Positions 40,566-49,692 of a stretch of 64,000 nucleotides of DNA are shown piece by piece. Within the stretch, counting starts at the first letter, position 1; each line of letters opens with the position of its first letter. This DNA is from Verrucomicrobiia bacterium (GTDB lineage Bacteria > Verrucomicrobiota > Verrucomicrobiia > Palsa-1439): assembly GCA_041495285.1 (NCBI GenBank), contig JBGQCJ010000001.1, forward strand, positions 4,407-68,406, read 5' to 3'. The notes below the pieces were generated by a model, which saw nothing but the letters and a program-made list of their open reading frames with translations, did no database searches and was not told the origin of the DNA. The translations under genes and the position numbers were made by a program.

Positions 40566-41954
40566 GTGAAGAAAATTCTTTGGAGTTGCCTTGCCGTTGT
40601 GCTGGCGCTCGCGCCCACGGTCACGCGCGCGCAGACGGAAGAGGAGATTCGTAACAAGATCATGCAAGACTTGAAACCGTGGATCGAACAGGAAGTGCAA
40701 CGCCGCGTGAAAGAAGCGATGGAAGCGGCAAAGACAAACCCGCCGCCAGCAGCGGCCAAGGCACCGGCCGAAGCGGTGACGCCGGAGCAGATGCAGGAGT
40801 TGAATCAGAAAGTGGATCACGTTGTCGAAGCACAGAAGAAAACCTTATTGAGCGAGTTCAACCCGTCCATCGGAGTGGTCGGCGAGACGGTGTTCTCGTA
40901 CCGGTCGCGCGGCTCGGTCGCGACGGGCAGTGACCGACCTGGCGGCTGGGACATAAATCAGCGCTCGGTCGAGTTGAACGTGGCCGGCTCCGTCGATCCG
41001 TTTGCGAAAGCTTACGCGGTGATCAACGCGTCAGCCGAGTGGCCGAGCGGCGAGGCAACGCTGGGAGTCGAGGAAGCAGCGTTGCAGACGACGTCACTGC
41101 CGTGGAATCTGGAGTTGAAGGCCGGTCGGTTCTTCGGCGAGTTTGGCCGGTTGGAGTACATCCACGATCACGAACTGCCGATGGTGAATCGTCCGCTGGC
41201 CATCGACGAGTACATCGGCGGCGAATCGCGCACGGACGGATTGCAGCTTAACTGGCTGTTGCCGGTGCCGCATTACGTGAGTTTGACACTCGGCGTGGGC
41301 GATCAGTTCGGCGGCGACAACCCTCCGAATGATCCGGGCGGTTTTCGCAGCATTGATGAGCTAAACTTCTGGGGCCGGTTGTCCACGTACTTCGATCTAA
41401 CGCCGAATTGGCAACTGGAAACCGGCATCTCCGGTTTGATCAACCCGAGGTCGGATAACCCCAGCGGTGTTGATGCCATTTCCGGACGCGACGGCTTGGC
41501 GACTGAAGTCGAGCGTCGCTTGGCCGGCGTGGACCTGAAGCTGAGCTATGTGCCGCTGCAAGACAACCAGTTCCGCAGCTTCACTTGGGGCACGGAGGTG
41601 TTGTACAGCGACAACCGGTATGCGTTCGACCCGAATGGCGTCCCCGGCGACACCGACGATTTCACAGCCAACGTCGGCGCGCTCGGTATGTATTCGTACG
41701 TGACGTGCAAGTTCAGCCGGCAATGGTCGGCGGGATTCCTGTTCGATTACGTGCAGGACGCGGCCAACGAACATGATCACACCTGGGCGTATTCGCCGTA
41801 CATCACCTGGGCGCTCAGTCACTGGAATCAACTGCGCCTGCAATACACGCACACCGACCACAACTCAGTGTCCGGGTTGAGGGATGACGACGCCGTGTAC
41901 CTGCAATGGGCGTGGATCATCGGCTCGCACTCACACGGCTGGCAACAACGTTAA
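40566..41954 (+). CDS. Zn-regulated-type outer membrane receptor/porin
   Basis: Signal peptide, coiled coil, FNPSIG, SVDPF, HDHELP, RLQY, C-terminal IGSHSH. Confidence 0.8.
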   Translation: MKKILWSCLAVVLALAPTVTRAQTEEEIRNKIMQDLKPWIEQEVQRRVKEAMEAAKTNPPPAAAKAPAEAVTPEQMQELNQKVDHVVEAQKKTLLSEFNPSIGVVGETVFSYRSRGSVATGSDRPGGWDINQRSVELNVAGSVDPFAKAYAVINASAEWPSGEATLGVEEAALQTTSLPWNLELKAGRFFGEFGRLEYIHDHELPMVNRPLAIDEYIGGESRTDGLQLNWLLPVPHYVSLTLGVGDQFGGDNPPNDPGGFRSIDELNFWGRLSTYFDLTPNWQLETGISGLINPRSDNPSGVDAISGRDGLATEVERRLAGVDLKLSYVPLQDNQFRSFTWGTEVLYSDNRYAFDPNGVPGDTDDFTANVGALGMYSYVTCKFSRQWSAGFLFDYVQDAANEHDHTWAYSPYITWALSHWNQLRLQYTHTDHNSVSGLRDDDAVYLQWAWIIGSHSHGWQQR

Positions 41955-41972
41955 GCAAAGGGAAATCAGAAC

Positions 41973-42884
41973 ATGAAATCAAAACTCGCTTACACGTTGT
42001 TGTTCACGGTGCTAGCGGTCGTACTGCCGGCGCACGCCGCAAAAATCCGCGTCGTCACCACGCTCACTGACTTGGCCGATTTTACCCGCGAGGTTGGCGG
42101 CGATCTCGTTGAAGTTCGCAGCTTGGCGACCGGCGTCGAAGACACGCACGGCGTGCCCATGAAACCAAGCTTCGTCCCAGTCCTGAACCGGGCTGACCTG
42201 ATCGTGCTGGTAGGGTTTGGTTGCGAGCACGCGTTCCTGCCGGCCTTGCTCGAAGCCAGCAAGAATCCGCGAATCCAGGATGGAAAACCCGGTTACGTGG
42301 ATTGCTCGAAAGGCATCACGCCGGTGGATGTACCGAAATCCACGGATCACTCCGAAGGTGACGTGCATCCGTACGGCAACCCCCATTACATGCTCGACCC
42401 GGTACTGGCGAAAACCGCGATCCAGAACATCTACAACGCGTTGGTCGCATTCGCGCCGGAACATCAAGCTGAGTTCGCCCGCAACCGCGACGCGTACCTT
42501 GCCAAACTCAACGCCAAAATCTCCGAGTGGGAAAGCGAGGCCGGTACGCTCAAGGGCGAGAAGTTCGTTTCGTACCACGAACACTGGCCGTACTTCGCCG
42601 AACGTTTCGGGTTGAAGTATTTCGGCACGATCGAACTCAAGCCGGGCATTGATCCGACGGCACGCCACATCGAGGAACTCATCAGTTCGATGAAGGCTGA
42701 ACATGTGCCGCTCGTCGTGCGCGAACCGCAGTTTCCGGAAAAGGTGCCGAGGTTGATCGCGGAACAGACCGGTGCTGCTCTTGTGAAATTGCCGATCATG
42801 CCGGGCGGTGTGCCGGGAACGGACACCTACATCGAGATGATGGATTACATCATCCGCACAATGGTCGGCGCGAAGTCGAAGTGA
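41973..42884 (+). CDS. Metal ABC transporter substrate-binding protein (ZnuA/TroA family)
   Basis: EDTH, GDVHPYGNPHY, SYH, ELKPGI. Confidence 0.92.
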   Translation: MKSKLAYTLLFTVLAVVLPAHAAKIRVVTTLTDLADFTREVGGDLVEVRSLATGVEDTHGVPMKPSFVPVLNRADLIVLVGFGCEHAFLPALLEASKNPRIQDGKPGYVDCSKGITPVDVPKSTDHSEGDVHPYGNPHYMLDPVLAKTAIQNIYNALVAFAPEHQAEFARNRDAYLAKLNAKISEWESEAGTLKGEKFVSYHEHWPYFAERFGLKYFGTIELKPGIDPTARHIEELISSMKAEHVPLVVREPQFPEKVPRLIAEQTGAALVKLPIMPGGVPGTDTYIEMMDYIIRTMVGAKSK

Positions 42885-42886
42885 CA

Positions 42887-43591
42887 ATGGATCAAGCGCT
42901 CATCACACTGGACGGCCTGGCCATCGGTTACGATGGCCAGGCCGTGCTCTCCGGCATTTCGCTCTCGATTGCCCGTGGCAGTTTCACGGCGCTGCTCGGC
43001 GCGAACGGATCCGGCAAGTCCACGCTGTTGAAAACGTTGCTCGGCCTCCAGCCGCCGGTGGCCGGTCGCATTCGGATTGAAGCTCCGGTCGTGTTCGGCT
43101 ACGTGCCGCAAACCATCGTGTTCGATCCGCTCTACCCGCTGACGGGATTCGAGGTTGCTCTGATGGGCGTCTACGGACGCGTCGGGCCCGGTCGGCGCGT
43201 GCCGCAGAGTGAACGCGACTTCGTCCGCGAATGTCTGCAAGCAACGGATGCGGAAGAGTTCGCGCACCAGCGATTCGCCAAGCTTTCCGGCGGCCAGAAA
43301 CAACGGGTGCTCATCGCCCGCGCGCTGGCGACGAAAGCAAATGTACTCGTGCTCGACGAACCCACGGCCGGGGTGGACGCGGCGGCAACGCACGCTTTGT
43401 TGGAATTCATCTCGCAGATTCACGAGGCGCGGAAGTTGATGATCCTGCTCGTCACCCACGACCTGCCGCTTGTCCGCAAGCACGCGCAGAAAATCATCTG
43501 GCTGCATCAGGGTAAGGTCTTGCACGGCACAGTGACGGAGTTGCTGACACCGGAACGCATGGCGGAAATTTTTGAGATAGAGCTTGGCTGA
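42887..43591 (+). CDS. Metal ABC transporter ATPase (ZnuC-like)
   Basis: GANGSGKS, GYVPQ, LSGGQKQR, LDEPTAGVD. Confidence 0.93.
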   Translation: MDQALITLDGLAIGYDGQAVLSGISLSIARGSFTALLGANGSGKSTLLKTLLGLQPPVAGRIRIEAPVVFGYVPQTIVFDPLYPLTGFEVALMGVYGRVGPGRRVPQSERDFVRECLQATDAEEFAHQRFAKLSGGQKQRVLIARALATKANVLVLDEPTAGVDAAATHALLEFISQIHEARKLMILLVTHDLPLVRKHAQKIIWLHQGKVLHGTVTELLTPERMAEIFEIELG

Positions 43592-43592
43592 C

Positions 43593-44471
43593 ATGGACGC
43601 GCTGCGACAGATTCTTTCGCCCGATTTCCTGTTGCGGAATTCGGTGTACACGAGTGTGCTCATCGGATTCGCGTGTCCGCTCGTCGGCGTGTTTCTAGTG
43701 CTGCGCCGTTTGGTGTTCATGGGCGTGGCGCTGCCACAAGTCTCCTCGACCGGTGTCGCGCTCGCCTTGTCATTGCCAATGTGGCTGGGCGTGAGCATGA
43801 CCGCGCACGGTACGCACAGCGAACACGTGCTGGCCTTTGCCGGCTCGCTCGCATTTTCACTGCCGGCCATTCTGGTGCTGGCGTTTTTGGAGCGGCGCGG
43901 ACGCGGCATGCCGGAGGGACGACTGGGCACGGCCTATGTCGTCGCCACCGCGCTCAGCATCCTATTACTCGCGAAAAACCGGTACGCCGAAATCGGCTGG
44001 CTCGATTTGTTGAAGGGCGAAGTTATCACCATCTCAAATTTTGATCTCACACTGACAGCGGCGGCGTTGGCGGTTGTGCTCATTGTGCTGACGCTCTTTC
44101 ACAGCGAGTTGCTGCTGGTCTCGTTCGACCGCGAGATGGCGATCACGCTCGGCAAGAAAGTCGTTTTTTGGGACGCACTGCTGTACCTGTTAATCGGATT
44201 GACCGTATCGATGGCAGTGCTCAGCGTCGGGCCGCTGATCGCGTTTGGCTTCTTGCTCATACCAGCGCTGACCGCACACTTGTTCGCACGTAACATGCAT
44301 CAGTTCACGGTGTTTGCCTCGCTAATCGGCGGCGTGGCGGCGTTTGTCGGTTTCTGGCTCGCATATCAATGGGATCTGCCGGTCGGCCCGACCGATGTCG
44401 TGCTGCTGGGCACGCTTTACGCCGTCGCGTGGGTCATCGCCAAACTTTTCAAGGGAGGTTCACATGGATAA
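43593..44471 (+). CDS. Metal ABC transporter permease (ZnuB/ABC-3)
   Basis: GVFLVLRR, SFDREMA, LLIPA, DLPVGP. Confidence 0.92.
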   Translation: MDALRQILSPDFLLRNSVYTSVLIGFACPLVGVFLVLRRLVFMGVALPQVSSTGVALALSLPMWLGVSMTAHGTHSEHVLAFAGSLAFSLPAILVLAFLERRGRGMPEGRLGTAYVVATALSILLLAKNRYAEIGWLDLLKGEVITISNFDLTLTAAALAVVLIVLTLFHSELLLVSFDREMAITLGKKVVFWDALLYLLIGLTVSMAVLSVGPLIAFGFLLIPALTAHLFARNMHQFTVFASLIGGVAAFVGFWLAYQWDLPVGPTDVVLLGTLYAVAWVIAKLFKGGSHG

Positions 44472-45129
44472 TGCAGTTCTCACTTTGCGCGACGTACGCA
44501 AGAGCTACCGGGAGGCGGACGGAAATCTGCTGGAAGTCATCCGTCTTCGCCAGTTTGAACTGGGCGCAGGCGAACAGGCGGTGTTAGTAGGCCAAAGCGG
44601 TTCCGGCAAGAGCACACTGCTCAATCTCATTGCCGGTATCCTGTTGCCTGATGCCGGCGAGATCGTCGTCAACGGCACCGGCGTGCCGACGCTGAGCGAA
44701 GCGGCGCGCGACCGGTTCCGCGCGGCCAACATCGGGTACGTGTTTCAGTCGTTCAATCTCCTGCAAGGTTTCACCGCGTTGGAGAATGTGTTGTTGGGGC
44801 AGATGTTCGGCACCGGCAACGGAGGTGCGGATCGAGCAACCCAGTTGTTGAAGAGTGTCGGCCTCGAACACCGGTTGCATCACAGACCGCGCGCTCTTTC
44901 CGTAGGCGAACAGCAGCGCGTTGCCATCGCCCGCGCGCTCGTGAATGCGCCGCCGCTCGTGTTGGCCGACGAGCCGACCGGCAGTCTCGATGCGAAGAAT
45001 GGCGCGGCGGTGTTGGAGTTGCTCCGGCAGATTTGCGCTGACGGCAAACATACGTTGTTGCTGGTCACGCACGATCCGGCGGTGATGAAGAGTTTCGAGA
45101 AAGTCGTTCGCTTGGAGGACTTGCGATGA
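44464..45129 (+). CDS. ABC ATPase (LolD/ZrgB-like)
   Basis: GQSGSGKS, IGYVFQSFNL, LSVGEQQR, LADEPTG. Confidence 0.92.
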   Translation: MDNAVLTLRDVRKSYREADGNLLEVIRLRQFELGAGEQAVLVGQSGSGKSTLLNLIAGILLPDAGEIVVNGTGVPTLSEAARDRFRAANIGYVFQSFNLLQGFTALENVLLGQMFGTGNGGADRATQLLKSVGLEHRLHHRPRALSVGEQQRVAIARALVNAPPLVLADEPTGSLDAKNGAAVLELLRQICADGKHTLLLVTHDPAVMKSFEKVVRLEDLR

Positions 45130-46511
45130 ACCTCCTGAAAATTGTTACGAAGAACATGCGCCAACGCGCGCTGGCGACATGGCTGACCGGCGCGTCGGTG
45201 GCGCTGGGTGTGGCGTTGGCGGTGGCGATTCTACTGGTCAAGCAGGGCGTGCAGAAGCGATTCGAGCAAGGCACGCTTGGCTATGAGATGGTTGTCGGCG
45301 CGAAGGGCAGTCCGCTGCAACTGGTGCTGAACACGGTCTATAATCTCGATATCTCGCCCGGCAACATCCCGTGGAAACTGTTCGAGCAATTGCGCGATGA
45401 CAAACGGGTGAAACTCGCCGTGCCGTTCTCAGTGGGCGACAACTATCATGGCTTCCGCATCGTCGGCACGACGGACGCGTTCTTCAAGGATTTCGAGTTC
45501 GAACCGGGACGCAAACCGGAGTTGGCAGCGGGGCGCGTCTTCAGCTTTTCTGAAGACGCATTGAAGAGCGCGTTTCAAGAAGCGGCAGAACGGGCGAAAG
45601 AGCGTGAGGCGAAGGAACGCGGCGAGGAAATCAAACCGGTAGCTGAACACGAGCAAGACCATGCGAACCGTCCGTTTGAGGCGGTAATCGGCGCGACCGT
45701 TGCCGGCGAAACGGATCTGAGGATCGGCCAGACGTTCATTGCCGCGCACGGCGTGCAGCCGTCCGCCGAGGCCAAAGAGCACACCGAAAACCCGTGGACG
45801 GTCGTTGGTATTCTTGCACCGACGCACACGGCTGTTGACCGGGCCATCTACATCAACCTCGACAGTTTCTACCACATCGAAGGCCACGAAATCCGCAGTC
45901 CGCAAGCGCCCAAGCCGGTCGCTGCCAAGCCAAAGGAGGAAGAAAAAGACAATGACCCCGATCCCGGTCAGGTTTCTTCCATCGTGCTGAAACTGCGCAG
46001 TCCGATCCACGCCCTTGCGCTGTACCGTGCGATCAACGACAGTGACAACGCGATGGCGGCGTTTCCTGCCGCGGAGATTCGCAAGCTGTTTGACATCGTC
46101 GGCAACATTGACCTCGTGCTCCTGGCGCAAGCGATCCTCATTCTGATTGTGGCCGGTGTGGGCATCGCGGTATCGATCTACAATTCGATGAGCGAACGCC
46201 GCCGTGAGATCGCCATTCTGCGCGCGCTCGGCGCGCGACGAGCGACGATATTTTCCATCATCGTTTTCGAAGCGGTGGCGATCTGCACGGTCGGCGCGGT
46301 GGTGGGTTTGGTCGGCGGCCATGTCGTCGTCGCTGCTGCCAGCGGCCTTGTGTACAAAGCGTCCGGCTTTGTGATTCCGGCATTTCGCATCAACGCAATC
46401 GAATGGCTCGTGCTCGGCGGTTGCGTCGTGCTCGGTGCCGTTTGCGGTCTGGGCCCGGCGGTGCGAGCGTATCGCACGGACGTGGCTGGGAATCTTGCGC
46501 CGACAAGTTAG
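45126..46511 (+). CDS. FtsX/MacB-type ABC permease (ZrgC-like)
   Basis: VGAKGSPLQLVL, GDNY, ERRREIAILRALGA. Confidence 0.9.
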   Translation: MNLLKIVTKNMRQRALATWLTGASVALGVALAVAILLVKQGVQKRFEQGTLGYEMVVGAKGSPLQLVLNTVYNLDISPGNIPWKLFEQLRDDKRVKLAVPFSVGDNYHGFRIVGTTDAFFKDFEFEPGRKPELAAGRVFSFSEDALKSAFQEAAERAKEREAKERGEEIKPVAEHEQDHANRPFEAVIGATVAGETDLRIGQTFIAAHGVQPSAEAKEHTENPWTVVGILAPTHTAVDRAIYINLDSFYHIEGHEIRSPQAPKPVAAKPKEEEKDNDPDPGQVSSIVLKLRSPIHALALYRAINDSDNAMAAFPAAEIRKLFDIVGNIDLVLLAQAILILIVAGVGIAVSIYNSMSERRREIAILRALGARRATIFSIIVFEAVAICTVGAVVGLVGGHVVVAAASGLVYKASGFVIPAFRINAIEWLVLGGCVVLGAVCGLGPAVRAYRTDVAGNLAPTS

Positions 46512-46523
46512 GAGGAAGTTGCC

Positions 46524-47114
46524 ATGGAAATCGCGATCCCGAAGATGAAGAAGTCGAGCATCAGAAAACTTTGGGTGGGGTTGGCCGTAGCCGCGTTGCT
46601 GCTCGCGCCCGCATTGGTTCAACAATTCATTTTGGCGAAGAAGACTCAGGCCAACCGCGTGCCTTCAGGCACCTCTCTCGTCGCGGCCCAAGCCACCGTT
46701 GCGCTCGGAGCAACGAATGTCGTCAGCGCGGTCACGGTCAAGATAGAAGGTTGCCGCAAACTGACGTTCGACACACTGAAGAGCTGGACGTACGTCGAAG
46801 GCAAGACGCCGATTCCGCAGTTCATCAAGGATCTCGACAACAAACATGTGGAAATGGTCGGCTTCATGATGCCACTGACGCAGGTCGAGAATATTACCGA
46901 GTTTCTGCTGGTGCCATCGTTGTGGGGTTGCTGCTACGGCCAGCCGCCCGCCGTCAACCACATCGTGCTCATCCAGATGCCCAAGGGTCGCACCTCGAAG
47001 TTCTACAACGACGTGATTCGCGTGCGCGGCAGGTTTCATGTTGGCGAAACGCGTGAAGACGGCGAACTTGTCAGCCTCTACACACTGACGCCGGACGAAA
47101 TCACTGCACGATGA
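46524..47114 (+). CDS. DUF3299-family protein (ZrgD-like)
   Basis: GFMMPL, EFLLVP..GCCYGQPP..NHIV. Confidence 0.85.
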   Translation: MEIAIPKMKKSSIRKLWVGLAVAALLLAPALVQQFILAKKTQANRVPSGTSLVAAQATVALGATNVVSAVTVKIEGCRKLTFDTLKSWTYVEGKTPIPQFIKDLDNKHVEMVGFMMPLTQVENITEFLLVPSLWGCCYGQPPAVNHIVLIQMPKGRTSKFYNDVIRVRGRFHVGETREDGELVSLYTLTPDEITAR

Positions 47115-47587
47115 GCATCTATTCACCAACGGCAACCGCTGAACGATCTCAAGACATTCGCCCGCCGCTGACTCCCGCGCTGCAGTCTCTACCGGCGCAG
47201 CACACCCACGCACACTTGGATCGATTGAGCATGTGTTTGTCGGGATTGTGTGCAGTGCACTGCGCGGTCATGCCGGTCGTGCTCTTGTTCTTCCCGATCC
47301 TCTCATGGATTCGTTGGAGTCGCACCATGGACGTGGCGGCACTCGGTCTTTCCGCGTTGCTGGGCGTGAGCGGCTGTCTGTGGAGCCTGCGTCATCACCG
47401 AACCATCGCGCCACTGTGTCTGGTGATTGCGGGCCTGTTGATTAACGCCTTTGGACGTTGGGCGCAGCCGAGGTTTGGCCCGGTCATGTCGCAGACGCTG
47501 ATTATCGCCGGCCCGCTGCTGATGGCCTACGGGATGTGGCGCAACCGGCAACTCTGCCAATGCAAAGACCGCGCCCACGGCCTATAA
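47111..47587 (+). CDS. MerC-domain membrane protein
   Basis: LDRL...SGLCAVHC, RHH, His/Cys-rich ends. Confidence 0.8.
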   Translation: MSIYSPTATAERSQDIRPPLTPALQSLPAQHTHAHLDRLSMCLSGLCAVHCAVMPVVLLFFPILSWIRWSRTMDVAALGLSALLGVSGCLWSLRHHRTIAPLCLVIAGLLINAFGRWAQPRFGPVMSQTLIIAGPLLMAYGMWRNRQLCQCKDRAHGL

Positions 47588-47594
47588 TGGCCGT

Positions 47595-48740
47595 GTGAAA
47601 ATCGTCATCGCCCTCGACAAGTTCAAGGGAACGTTGTCGGCACCCAAAGCCTGCGAGATTGTGGGCGACGCGTTTCGAGAAGTGCGGCCGGATTGGGATC
47701 TCGTTGTCAAACCGATGGCTGACGGCGGCGACGGGACGGCGGAGGTTCTTTGCGCGGCAAATAACGGGCAATGGGTTTCGTGCCACGTTACAGGACCGCT
47801 TTCCCAGATAGGTGTCAGTGCCACCTATGTTTGGATCGAACGCGAACGGATGGCGGTCATCGAGGTGGCCGCGGCGAGCGGGTTGGTGCTGCTGAAACCA
47901 GAACAGCGTAATCCACTGGAGACAACAACATACGGCACGGGTGAGTTGATCCGGTACGCCGTCGAGCGCGGTGCCCGAAAAATTTTGCTTGGCGTCGGGG
48001 GCAGCGCGACGGTGGACGGCGGCGTCGGCGCAGCGATGGCGCTCGGCTGGCGGTTTCTGGATGCAACTGGGCAGCCGGTCGGCCGCGGCGGCGGCGAACT
48101 GCAGCGGATTGCGAAGATCGAAGTGCCGGTAGGGCGCGACCGCCGGGCGCGCCGAACAGACGGACGGCCCAGCGGTCCGTCCCTACCGGCCATCGAAGTT
48201 CTCTGCGACGTGGACAATCCGCTCTGCGGCGAGCACGGTGCCGCACGCGTGTTCGGTCCGCAGAAAGGCGCAACGCCGGAAATGGTGGAGAGACTCGACG
48301 CCGGACTGCATCACCTCGCCCGTCTCGTTAAGGAGCAACTCGGCAAGGAAATTCTCAACGTCCCCGGTGCCGGCGCGGCCGGTGGGCTCGCGGCCGGTGC
48401 AATCGCCTTCATGTGCGCGAAGTTGGTGCCGGGCATCGACACGGTGATGGAGGCCAGCGGGCTCGAGGACGCGTTGCGCGGTGCGGATTGGGTGATTACC
48501 GGCGAAGGAAAATTCGACGAGCAATCGTTGCGCGGGAAAGTCGTTTCTGGCGTGACGAAGTTGGCGCGGAAACACCGAGTCAAGGTCGCCGTGCTCGCCG
48601 GCAGCGTGAACGTTTCCAAACCGGAAGGGATCGAGATTGCGCTGGCGACGCGCAAGGAAGGAATGTCGCTCGACTACGCGTTGGCGAATGCGGACAAACT
48701 CTTGGCGGAACGAGCGCGGGAGTTGGGTCGGGTTTTGTAG
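47595..48740 (+). CDS. Glycerate kinase (GlxK/GarK family)
   Basis: DKFKGTL, ADGGDGT, GGSATVDGG, CDVDNPL, FGPQKGA, TGEG. Confidence 0.95.
   Translation: MKIVIALDKFKGTLSAPKACEIVGDAFREVRPDWDLVVKPMADGGDGTAEVLCAANNGQWVSCHVTGPLSQIGVSATYVWIERERMAVIEVAAASGLVLLKPEQRNPLETTTYGTGELIRYAVERGARKILLGVGGSATVDGGVGAAMALGWRFLDATGQPVGRGGGELQRIAKIEVPVGRDRRARRTDGRPSGPSLPAIEVLCDVDNPLCGEHGAARVFGPQKGATPEMVERLDAGLHHLARLVKEQLGKEILNVPGAGAAGGLAAGAIAFMCAKLVPGIDTVMEASGLEDALRGADWVITGEGKFDEQSLRGKVVSGVTKLARKHRVKVAVLAGSVNVSKPEGIEIALATRKEGMSLDYALANADKLLAERARELGRVL
48128..48187. repeat. REP doublet (family A), 60 bp, in-frame inside glycerate kinase
   Basis: Arms match 6246-6315 apart from one base; encodes VGRDRRARRTDGRPSGPSLP. 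Confidence 0.92.
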
Positions 48741-48795
48741 GAGCGGCATTCTTGCCGCGACCGGGCTTCGGCGCGCCCGGCGGTCGCGCCCTACC
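48737..48795. repeat. Hybrid REP doublet (family B left arm, family A right arm)
   Basis: GTAGGAGCGGC..GCCGCGA plus GGCGCGCCCGGCGGTCGCGCCCTACC; the GTAG supplies the kinase stop codon. Confidence 0.85.
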
Positions 48796-48806
48796 ATCAA
48801 AGGTCA

Positions 48807-49598
48807 TCACACCGGCAGCTTCGGCACTGCCGCCAGGAGCGTCCTGGTGTATTCGTGTTGCGGGCTGCCGTAGATCGCCTCGGCGGTAGCTTCCTCGACA
48901 ATCTTCCCGAAGTACATCACCAGCACCCGGTCACTGATGTGCTCGACCACCGCGAGATCGTGCGCGATGAAGAGATAGGTGAGCTTGAACTTCTCCTGCA
49001 GGTCGCTGAGCAGATTGATGATTTGCGCCTGCACGCTCACGTCGAGCGCGCTGACCGGCTCGTCGCACACAATGAACTTCGGCTCGACCGCCAGCGCCCG
49101 CGCGATGCCGATGCGTTGACGTTGACCGCCGCTGAATTCGTGCGGATACCGGCGCGCGTGACTTGGATCAAGCCCGACCGCCTTGAGCAACTCGGCAACG
49201 CGGTCACGTTCCTCTTGCCGGGTCTTGCAGAGTTTGTGGATGCGTAACGCTTCACCGATTATGTTGCCGATGGTCATGCGCGGATTGAGCGAACCGTACG
49301 GGTCTTGGAAAATCATCTGCGCTTTGCGCCGGAACGGTTTCAACTCCGGGCCGTCGACATTGGTGATGTCCTCGCCGTCAAACCAAATTTCGCCGTCGGT
49401 TGGTTCGATCAACCGCAGGAGCGTGCGCCCGAGCGTCGTCTTACCGCAACCGCTTTCGCCGACCAGTCCGACCGTCTCACCTTCGTTGATCGCAAAGCTC
49501 ACGCCGTCAACTGCTTTCACCCATGCAACCGGCCGTTGCAGCACTCCGGCATGAACCGGAAAATATGTCTTGAGGTCTTTGACTTCGAGCAGGCTCAT
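48807..49598 (-). CDS. Oligopeptide ABC ATPase (OppF/DppF-like)
   Basis: [39 protein letters not shown]. Confidence 0.94.
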   Translation of the reverse strand: MSLLEVKDLKTYFPVHAGVLQRPVAWVKAVDGVSFAINEGETVGLVGESGCGKTTLGRTLLRLIEPTDGEIWFDGEDITNVDGPELKPFRRKAQMIFQDPYGSLNPRMTIGNIIGEALRIHKLCKTRQEERDRVAELLKAVGLDPSHARRYPHEFSGGQRQRIGIARALAVEPKFIVCDEPVSALDVSVQAQIINLLSDLQEKFKLTYLFIAHDLAVVEHISDRVLVMYFGKIVEEATAEAIYGSPQHEYTRTLLAAVPKLPV

Positions 49599-49611
49599 GG
49601 CTGAGGAATCC

Positions 49612-49681
49612 TGTCACCCTGAGCGAAGCGAAGGGTCTCTTTCCGGAACGACAGAGATTCTTCGCTTCGCTCAGAATGACA
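49612..49681. repeat. TGTC-type palindromic element
   Basis: TGTCACCCTGAGCGAAGCGAAGGGTCTCT...AGAGATTCTTCGCTTCGCTCAGAATGACA, imperfect 29-bp arms, intergenic. Confidence 0.85.
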
Positions 49682-49692
49682 AAGTGAGGCAT

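Noticed and set aside
47111-47587. Mercury resistance operon
   Set aside because: MerC-like gene only, with no merA/merR; the context is zinc-type uptake
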